From positions 1 through 38,080 of the forward strand of contig JAVBSJ010000008.1 of NCBI GenBank assembly GCA_031547105.1: 38,080 bases of DNA, written 5' to 3'. The translations under genes were made by a program, and so were the position numbers. Every line of letters starts with the position of its first letter. Position 1 is the first letter of the stretch. Below, piece after piece: positions 27,651-34,083 of this stretch. The stretch comes from Oscillospiraceae bacterium (lineage in GTDB: Bacteria > Bacillota > Clostridia > Oscillospirales > Butyricicoccaceae). The notes below the pieces were generated by a model. The model ran no database searches. It was not told where the DNA came from and saw nothing but the letters and a program-made list of their open reading frames with translations.

Positions 27651-27666
27651 AAAGAAAGCTTTCTTT
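27651..27666. promoter_or_regulatory. Perfect 16-bp palindrome (operator candidate)
   Basis: AAAGAAAGCTTTCTTT lies ~45 nt upstream of the micro-ORF/lipoprotein start. Confidence 0.3.
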
Positions 27667-27861
27667 ATACTTATATACTACTACAAAGTGAAAAAAATTC
27701 CATTTGCGCAATTGATGAAATCAAAACTCATATTTGTACATACTTAACGAAGAAATCAAAAAGCATTGCCCTGCCGTGGCAAAAGTGATATTATATTAAT
27801 AATAGGGTATTTTACAGTATGAAAATATTTCTAGTCGGGTCGCTTATTTTGCGGTGCCTGT

Positions 27862-27924
27862 GCCGCCGAAAAGACCACTAAGGCCAAGCATGGCCGCATT
27901 GCCAAGCCGGCACAAAACGACTGA
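27862..27924 (+). pseudogene. Orphan 3'-terminal fragment of a nifJ-like gene (last 20 codons + stop)
   Basis: It translates as AAEKTTKAKHGRIAKPAQND*, compared with the intact nifJ C-terminus LAEKTAKAKYDRLAKLAQND*. No gene body lies upstream. Confidence 0.75.
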
Positions 27925-27959
27925 TTAGTTATCTGCCAGCGTCATATAGCTAAAGCTAA

Positions 27960-27989
27960 ACGCCTCTTTCAGCTTGAAAGAGGCGTTTT
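27960..27989 (+). terminator. Terminator belonging to the duplicated nifJ 3' segment
   Basis: 12-bp stem ACGCCTCTTTCA / TGAAAGAGGCGT followed by TTTT. It is homologous to 25037-25068 and carries a compensatory base-pair change. Confidence 0.75.
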
Positions 27990-28004
27990 GTTATGCCCGC
28001 GTTC

Positions 28005-28034
28005 TTGACGGAAAAGCAGCCCGGATGGTAAAAT
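28005..28034 (+). promoter_or_regulatory. SigA-type promoter candidate
   Basis: TTGACG, an 18-nt spacer, then TAAAAT, lying 37 nt upstream of ATG 28071. Confidence 0.5.
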
Positions 28035-28070
28035 AATACTAAAAAAGTATACTTTGAAAAGGAGAGGCAA

Positions 28071-29033
28071 ATGAACGTATGGAATATTGGCAGCCACAAC
28101 ATATCTCCCGGAGAGAAAAGGCAAGTAATGCTGACGCCTGCGGAGGGGTGTGAAATCCCATTTACCGCCATAAACGGCAGTGTCGAGGGAAAGACAGTTT
28201 TGGTAACGGCGGCTGTCCACGGGGACGAGTATCCGGGGGTTGCGGCGGCCGTCCGCATGGCGGCGCAGCTTGACCCGGAAAGGGTCAGCGGGCGCATTTT
28301 GATTGCCCACTGCGTAAACGCAAGCGGATTTTGGAACAAATCGCTATATGTAGCCGAGGATGGCTTTAACTTAAACAACGGTTATCCCGGCAGGCCAAAC
28401 GGTACACCGGGGGAGTGCATTGCCGATTTTTTCGTAAAAGAGGTGTTTCCTCAAACGGATTTTGTCATTGACCTCCACAGCGGCAGCGCGATGGAGCCGC
28501 TGGCTCCATGCCTGTTTTTCCCAAACGCCGCGGGGGATGCGGTGCGTGATATTTCACTTGAGGCTGCTAAAGCCACAAGCATCCCCTATCTGATCGCGTC
28601 TGAAGCCAAAACAGGGCATTACAGCTATGCCGCCCATATGGGTATACCGGGGCTGCTGTTGGAAAGGGGGCATTCCGGCCTTTGCGAAAAGGAATGGGTG
28701 GACAATTACTGCCGTGACTTAAGCCAGCTTTTTAGCCATTTAGGTGTATATCCCGGCTGTGAAGGAGAAAGGGTGTGCCCTAAAACCGTATTCAGCAAGA
28801 CGGTCTACCTGGCTGCGGGGCAGCAGGGGTTATGGTACCCGGAGGTAAGCGAGGGGCAGGAAATCAAAAAGGGGAATCCTTTGGGCCGGCTGGAGGATTT
28901 CTACGGCAACGTCCTTGAAGAATATAAAGCGCAGGGGGACGGTACTGTGTTTTACTACACCGGCGGGCTTGCCGTGAAAAAAGGCGCGCCGCTGGTTGCC
29001 TATGGGCTGGCGGAGTATGCCAAAAGCATTTGA
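28071..29033 (+). CDS. Succinylglutamate desuccinylase/aspartoacylase-family (M14-like) zinc hydrolase
   Basis: RBS AAGGAGAGG. The AVHGDEYPG (HxxE zinc site), NLNNGYPG and IDLHSGS motifs are typical of the AstE/AspA family. Confidence 0.8.
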   Translation: MNVWNIGSHNISPGEKRQVMLTPAEGCEIPFTAINGSVEGKTVLVTAAVHGDEYPGVAAAVRMAAQLDPERVSGRILIAHCVNASGFWNKSLYVAEDGFNLNNGYPGRPNGTPGECIADFFVKEVFPQTDFVIDLHSGSAMEPLAPCLFFPNAAGDAVRDISLEAAKATSIPYLIASEAKTGHYSYAAHMGIPGLLLERGHSGLCEKEWVDNYCRDLSQLFSHLGVYPGCEGERVCPKTVFSKTVYLAAGQQGLWYPEVSEGQEIKKGNPLGRLEDFYGNVLEEYKAQGDGTVFYYTGGLAVKKGAPLVAYGLAEYAKSI

Positions 29034-29145
29034 GATATTCATGCAGGGAGAAGCTTTTGCAATAGGCCTGCGCCAATATCTTTTATTGCGCAGCCGCGTC
29101 AATGGGAGGGGAGCCTTATGAAGAAAATCACAAAATATTATTATC

Positions 29146-29382
29146 ATGGTTGTGATCGTTCTTTTTTCCATGCAAGCATGGCCGGGAGAAGAGGCGGCGA
29201 GAAGGCTTTATAAGGACGGCAGTAAGGATTACACTGATGATATTGGGCGCATTGTTGACCCTATGACGTTTATGCTGCCCGTTATACTAAGGGTGTTGGC
29301 CTTGGGGCTGATGGGAAGCTTCGCTGTATATATTATATTTAAGCGGCGTAGAGGCGCGAAAAAGGGTGCCGAATCAGAATAA
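29146..29382 (+). CDS. Small secreted/C-terminally anchored protein, start probably displaced by a 1-nt frameshift
   Basis: The 78-aa ORF has a hydrophobic N-terminus and a C-terminal TM helix followed by KRRRGAKK. A good RBS plus ATG sits at 29104-29120, but in another frame. See the findings for details. Confidence 0.45.
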   Translation: MVVIVLFSMQAWPGEEAARRLYKDGSKDYTDDIGRIVDPMTFMLPVILRVLALGLMGSFAVYIIFKRRRGAKKGAESE

Positions 29383-29383
29383 G

Positions 29384-29526
29384 TTTAATGGGGATTTAGA
29401 CGGCGATTGGATAGCAGATACCTTTAAAACGGAGTTGGATGGCGGGGCTTTTAACACCGACTTGGATGGAGACCGGATGGGCGGATTTTTAACGCGGATT
29501 TTGACGGTAGCCGGATGGCAGGCAGG
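29384..29526. repeat. Four degenerate tandem units TTTAA-N(4-7)-GAyTTrGAyGG
   Basis: The units start near 29384, 29423, 29450 and 29486. They lie in the convergent 3' intergenic region. Confidence 0.4.
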
Positions 29527-29534
29527 AAAAATAA

Positions 29535-29562
29535 AACAGGGCGGCAACTGCCGCCCTGTTTT
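29535..29562. terminator. Bidirectional terminator
   Basis: Stem AACAGGGCGGCA / TGCCGCCCTGTT, flanked by A-rich sequence on the 5' side and T-rich sequence on the 3' side. Confidence 0.75.
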
Positions 29563-29570
29563 CGTATTAT

Positions 29571-30140
29571 TTATTCCTTCGGTATCGGCCCTGCGGCAAG
29601 CATTTCTTCATGGTAGCGGACAATGATCGCCCGCGCCGCATTGTACAGGTTTTCATCGGTGGCCTGGTAGAGCGGAAAGGACATACTGTCATCACGCGGC
29701 TTATTTGGGCGGCTCACCATCATCTGCAGCTTTTCCGATCCCTCAGGATTTGCCTCATCTTCAAATGCCATTGAAAAGCGCACAGTTTTTTTATCATCCG
29801 GATCGCCTCTGCTGTCGTATATAGAAAATCCGTACCTGTTGTTATTGACGCCCAGCGGGATAGCGGCATAAGATATGGATTCTGATGTTTTCCGCAGGGA
29901 CTTGCAGAAGGCGTGGAGCACATCAATATCCTCTTGGTCGGTTATGGCAAGCTCATAAAATTGTTTCCCACTAGGGGTATAATAGCCTCCTATCCTGACG
30001 GCACAGCTTTCAGGGCTTGGCAGCCACAGCTTGTCCCTGTAATAGTACTGCCGCCCGAAAAAGATAAGAAGGACAAGGGCAATGGCTGCCAAGCCGTAGA
30101 GTATAAGCTTTTTGTTGGTTTTGCTAAGGTGTTTTGTCAT
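29571..30140 (-). CDS. Membrane-anchored hypothetical protein, paralogue A
   Basis: 189 aa with an N-terminal signal-anchor (LILYGLAAIALVLLIFF). It is homologous along its length to the next gene and has an identical 32-aa C-terminus. Confidence 0.65.
   Translation of the reverse strand: MTKHLSKTNKKLILYGLAAIALVLLIFFGRQYYYRDKLWLPSPESCAVRIGGYYTPSGKQFYELAITDQEDIDVLHAFCKSLRKTSESISYAAIPLGVNNNRYGFSIYDSRGDPDDKKTVRFSMAFEDEANPEGSEKLQMMVSRPNKPRDDSMSFPLYQATDENLYNAARAIIVRYHEEMLAAGPIPKE
29572..29666 (-). repeat. Near-identical 3' gene block, copy 1
   Basis: 29581-29666 is identical to 30181-30266 (86 nt), an offset of exactly 600 bp. Confidence 0.9.
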
Positions 30141-30170
30141 ATAAGTGTACCGTTTGATTGTGGTTTCAGG

Positions 30171-30701
30171 CTATTCCTTAGGTATCGGCCCTGCGGCAAG
30201 CATTTCTTCATGGTAGCGGACAATGATCGCCCGCGCCGCATTGTACAGGTTTTCATCGGTGGCCTGATAATACCAATACACAGGAAGAAGCCGTCGCCCC
30301 TGCGGTTCCGTGACACATACTTGAAGTTTTTCCGTCATTCCCGGTTCATTGTCAAGGCTCAATGAAATTGTAAACGACCCTCCATTATCAGTGTTGATTA
30401 AAACTGAATAGGTTACAGCTAGCCCACCATGAGGTATTTCAAAAGAAGTTTTAGTTAGCGACTTTGCAAAGGCATAAAGACTATCAATATCGTTCTGGTC
30501 GGTAATTTTCATCGAGTAGCTGGTTGGATAGGCCGACTCACCTCCATAGTAGAAGACGGTAAATGCACAGTTTTCCTCAGCGGGTAATTTCAACCTAAAG
30601 CCAAGTATATCAGACCCGGCAATAATCAATGCCAAGACAATGACGGCAGCCAGCCCGTAAAGGGTGCGCTTTATAAATGTTTTAACAAAGTATCTTGCCA
30701 T
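30171..30701 (-). CDS. Membrane-anchored hypothetical protein, paralogue B
   Basis: 176 aa with a signal-anchor (LYGLAAVIVLALIIAG). It lies 6 nt downstream of the peptidase stop. Confidence 0.65.
   Translation of the reverse strand: MARYFVKTFIKRTLYGLAAVIVLALIIAGSDILGFRLKLPAEENCAFTVFYYGGESAYPTSYSMKITDQNDIDSLYAFAKSLTKTSFEIPHGGLAVTYSVLINTDNGGSFTISLSLDNEPGMTEKLQVCVTEPQGRRLLPVYWYYQATDENLYNAARAIIVRYHEEMLAAGPIPKE
30172..30266 (-). repeat. Near-identical 3' gene block, copy 2
   Basis: See copy 1 (29572-29666). Confidence 0.9.
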
Positions 30702-30707
30702 ATTTTG

Positions 30708-31871
30708 TTAAAACATAACACATACAATGTAATATTCCTCATCGTAAGCATTAAGGTAAAAATATTCTTCATCGAATTCAACGTTGGTTGCGGCATTATT
30801 TCCTGTTGCAGGATCCATAAAATTTATTATGCCAACATTATCTGTGCTCTGATAATTATAGTATCCCCTAAGAACTATAGCGTGTCCAACAATTACTTCA
30901 TTAGGATCATCGCTGTCGTAAACGCCATCTCGAAATGTAGCCCCATACATCACATATCCAGCATATATCAAGCCGCAATAGTCGTAAAACGGCATACTGT
31001 CATTAAAATCATCTATGGTTCCACCAAATCCGATAATGTTGGGATATAATCCCCACAATGCTTCTCTTGCTGTATATGTATTGGCTCCCTGACTGTCTAT
31101 ATAAGGAAGGTTAAAATAGCTATAAACTTGGGATTCTGTTTTTACTAAGCCTGAATAATATTCTCCTATTGTGCGCACACAAGCAGCCCAGCAACTCCTG
31201 CTTTTCTGCTGCTGATATTGTGGAGTGTCGAGCGAGTACTGTACCGGTATTGTGGATGCGGAACTAGCAGAGCTTTGGCTGTAGCTTGCAGATTCTGACT
31301 GCTCAAGAGCAACAAGCTGCACTTGCTTTTCCATAGCGGTCTCCTCCAAGTTGAGGGCGGAGATGTTAATGCTTTCCGCAGATACCCTGCCGCTTGCAGA
31401 CACTTGCGTGCCGCTGTAGACCGTTTCCAATGCGCCTTCGCTTAAAACATACCCGCTGGTGTTGTCGAAAACAAGGGCGATTTGTGCGTTGTCCTCATAG
31501 TAGGGGGTAAGCTCGGCCACCAAATCGGTTCCGGCGGTGATGTGGACAAATCCGTTTTCTTTAACCAAAACCCTTGCCGTCAGAACAAGCCGGTCATCAT
31601 GTGTGAAAATCGGATAGTTTTCAACCTCAACGGGCTCAAGCCCATCCTCAAGAACCTCATACGCGGGGATAGGGGCACCGATGTAAAGGGAATCAAAGTC
31701 AGAAGGCTCCATATCAAAGGCCGTGGCATCGTACTCCAGGGCATAGAGAAAGCGCGCAATCTCTTCAAGCTTCTGGCTTTGTGAGACGGTGACCTTATCA
31801 AAATCGGCGGCAAAGACTGTGCCGGAAACCAGCATCATAGCGGCTACCATAATAGCTAAAACCTTTTTCAT
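30708..31871 (-). CDS. Secreted papain-fold cysteine peptidase with N-terminal pro/accessory domain
   Basis: RBS GAAAGGAG and signal peptide MKKVLAIMVAAMMLVSGTVFA. A Ser-rich linker (SESASYSQSSASSAS) precedes the C-terminal domain. That domain carries Q-x5-C in QQKSRSCWAAC, then VGHAIVLRGY, then FMDPATGNN, in the Gln/Cys/His/Asn order of papain-like (C39/C70-like) enzymes. The subfamily is not assignable by eye. Confidence 0.65.
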   Translation of the reverse strand: MKKVLAIMVAAMMLVSGTVFAADFDKVTVSQSQKLEEIARFLYALEYDATAFDMEPSDFDSLYIGAPIPAYEVLEDGLEPVEVENYPIFTHDDRLVLTARVLVKENGFVHITAGTDLVAELTPYYEDNAQIALVFDNTSGYVLSEGALETVYSGTQVSASGRVSAESINISALNLEETAMEKQVQLVALEQSESASYSQSSASSASTIPVQYSLDTPQYQQQKSRSCWAACVRTIGEYYSGLVKTESQVYSYFNLPYIDSQGANTYTAREALWGLYPNIIGFGGTIDDFNDSMPFYDYCGLIYAGYVMYGATFRDGVYDSDDPNEVIVGHAIVLRGYYNYQSTDNVGIINFMDPATGNNAATNVEFDEEYFYLNAYDEEYYIVCVMF

Positions 31872-32070
31872 TTTAAAGCTCCTTTCATAAACCTGCGGCG
31901 TTTACTTCCGGCGTTTCTATCGGGCATCCCCCTTTCTATAAAAGCATTATACTGCTTTTGGGCGCGATGCGCACCCTGAAACTATGCAGAATATATAAAT
32001 ATCAGAAAAATCACAGCTTAAAATTAGCCACTTACGCCAATTAAATATGCGTGTTTTGCCATAAACAAAA

Positions 32071-32099
32071 AAGCCCGGCGTGCAATGCACGCCGGGCTT
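32071..32099 (-). terminator. Intrinsic terminator downstream of hxlR-like gene
   Basis: 13-bp GC-rich stem AAGCCCGGCGTGC / GCACGCCGGGCTT, followed on the minus strand by TTTTTTG. Confidence 0.8.
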
Positions 32100-32114
32100 G
32101 TGGTCTGCTGAACG

Positions 32115-32498
32115 CTACGTTCTGCCGCGGTAATTACACCGCTGGCACACATGAGGGGTAAGCTCCGTTTCGGGCACAGTGTAGTTGTCCGACCATGCAC
32201 AAATTGCGCGCAATATAGGCAGCACGCTTTTGCCACGCTCTGTCAGCGAATATTCCACCTTGGGGGGGATCTCATTATACTGCACACGGTCAACAAGGCC
32301 GTCGCGCTGAAGCTCCTTAAGGCCGTTTGACAGCACCGCGTCGGTAATGTCGCACAGCTCCTTTCGCAGGGTATTGTAGCGCACCGGCTGCATGGTGGAA
32401 ATAACGCAGATCATCCGTGCCTTCCATTTGCCCCCGAACATGTCAATGCCGTACTCAATGGGGCAGCGAATATCCTTTTCCAGCTTAGGCTTATACAT
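32115..32498 (-). CDS. HxlR-family winged-helix transcriptional regulator
   Basis: CPIEYGIDMFGGKWK...LKELQRDGLVDRVQYNEIPPKVEYSLTERG is the canonical HxlR pattern. The gene is divergent from serpin 1. Confidence 0.88.
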   Translation of the reverse strand: MYKPKLEKDIRCPIEYGIDMFGGKWKARMICVISTMQPVRYNTLRKELCDITDAVLSNGLKELQRDGLVDRVQYNEIPPKVEYSLTERGKSVLPILRAICAWSDNYTVPETELTPHVCQRCNYRGRT

Positions 32499-32553
32499 AA
32501 AGATCCCCCTTACTATAAAAAAACCATATATATATTATTATTATAGCGTAATT

Positions 32554-32582
32554 TTGATAAAATGCAACAAGCCGGGTAAAAT
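32554..32582 (+). promoter_or_regulatory. SigA-type promoter candidate for serpin 1
   Basis: TTGATA, a 17-nt spacer, then TAAAAT, located in the hxlR-serpin divergent intergenic region. Confidence 0.5.
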
Positions 32583-32636
32583 AACCAAGGAACTTTTAGG
32601 GGGATTGTGCGTCTTAATATTCAAGAGGTGATCTTT

Positions 32637-33947
32637 ATGAAAAGGGTTTTGAAAATGATGTGCTTATTTGTGGCGGCTGCAACGCTGGCAGGCTGCGCCG
32701 GGACGAGCAGCGGCATAATAAGCATCGTGCCTGTGACCAAAAACGCCCTGATAGAGCCTAAGTACGGGGAGACCGACCAGGCATCGGTCAAGGCCGCCCA
32801 AGGCGCCAACGGCTTTGCATTGCGTTTGAGCGCCGCGCTCTCAGAGGCGCGGGAGAGCGATAATTTCCTTTGCTCACCCTATTCGGTTTGGCTGCCCCTT
32901 GCGGCGCTGCTTAACGCCACCAACGAGCAAAGCAGGCCTGCCTTGCTGGAGGCGCTTGGCGCCGCAGGGCTTACGGCGGAGGAGGTAAACAAAGCGGCCT
33001 CCCGCATGCTGTATGAGCTTACAAGGGAGCAGGTGGTTTACGATGAGAGTAAGCCAAACAAGGAGTACCGCTACACTCCGCTGAAAATTGCAAACGCCAT
33101 ATTTGTCGATAATACGGTAACCCTTAAAAAGTCCTTTGCGCAGGCCTTTGCCGATTATTATCTCGGCACCTCAGCCAACGTGGATTTTCAATCTCCCGAT
33201 GCCGTCAAAGCGGTAAATGACTGGGCAAGTGAGAATACCGGCGGCCTTATAAAGGATATTATTCAGGAGTTTGACCCCGATACCATAGCGGCTATCGCCA
33301 ACGCTATTTATTTTTCCGACACGTGGGCCGATAAGTTTAACCCCGACAAAACGGAAGAAGGGGCATTTAACAGCCCTTCGGGTGAAAGCAAGGCCGATTT
33401 TATGGTCAAGCAGGGGGATGGTATGCGCTATTATGCCGATGACAGTTTGCAAGCCGTCAGTCTCCGCTTTGCCTCCAATGCAAGTATGTTTATTCTGCTG
33501 CCGAAGGATGGGGACGCGGACGGCCTGCTGCAGTCGCTGACATCTGTGGATTTTGATTCCATCCGGCAGGGGATGACCAACTCAAGCGGGATGCTGAAGC
33601 TGCCTAAGTTCTCTATCGAGAGCGATGTAATCTCTCTGAAGGAGGCGTTGGTAGGCATGGGAGTGCCCCTTTTCGATAAGGAGGCGGCGCCTTTGAGCGG
33701 CGGTTTGCTGGAGGAGGATATAGGGGTTTACGCCTCACAGGCGGTGCAGAAGGCGGCCATCAAGGTTGATGAGGAGGGCACAACGGCCGCCGCTGTGACG
33801 GTGGTTATGATGAATCCCACCTCCATGCCTATACAAACAGAGCCCTTTGAAATGGTTTGTGACAAGCCGTTTGTGTTTATATTGTGCGGAAGCACCTATG
33901 ACGGAGGAGATCAGATACTTTTTACCGGTGTGGTAAACAAGCCGTAA
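32637..33947 (+). CDS. Serpin-family lipoprotein (serpin 1)
   Basis: The start is ATG 32637, 6 nt after GAGGTG. The lipobox is ATLAGC. The protein carries the serpin hinge EEGTTAAAVT and the C-terminal PFVFIL...FTGVVNKP. Confidence 0.88.
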   Translation: MKRVLKMMCLFVAAATLAGCAGTSSGIISIVPVTKNALIEPKYGETDQASVKAAQGANGFALRLSAALSEARESDNFLCSPYSVWLPLAALLNATNEQSRPALLEALGAAGLTAEEVNKAASRMLYELTREQVVYDESKPNKEYRYTPLKIANAIFVDNTVTLKKSFAQAFADYYLGTSANVDFQSPDAVKAVNDWASENTGGLIKDIIQEFDPDTIAAIANAIYFSDTWADKFNPDKTEEGAFNSPSGESKADFMVKQGDGMRYYADDSLQAVSLRFASNASMFILLPKDGDADGLLQSLTSVDFDSIRQGMTNSSGMLKLPKFSIESDVISLKEALVGMGVPLFDKEAAPLSGGLLEEDIGVYASQAVQKAAIKVDEEGTTAAAVTVVMMNPTSMPIQTEPFEMVCDKPFVFILCGSTYDGGDQILFTGVVNKP

Positions 33948-33955
33948 TTTCAAAA

Positions 33956-33988
33956 TCCCGAAAGCGCGGACGGATGGCGCTTTCGGGA
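33956..33988 (+). terminator. Intrinsic terminator between the two serpin genes
   Basis: 12-bp stem TCCCGAAAGCGC / GCGCTTTCGGGA followed by CTTTTGCCTTTTT. Confidence 0.75.
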
Positions 33989-34083
33989 CTTTTGCCTTTT
34001 TATGGCGTAAAGTGTGGTAAAATAAAAACAGAGGCCTATTGTACGCATTGTGGACATAGCGGATATGTAAAGGAGGTACATCT

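Noticed and set aside
29366-29626. 86-aa ORF with D-L-D-G-D repeats
   Set aside because: Its GTG start lies inside the preceding gene. The frame crosses a strong bidirectional terminator and overlaps the 3' end of the opposite-strand paralogue. I kept it only as a DNA repeat observation.
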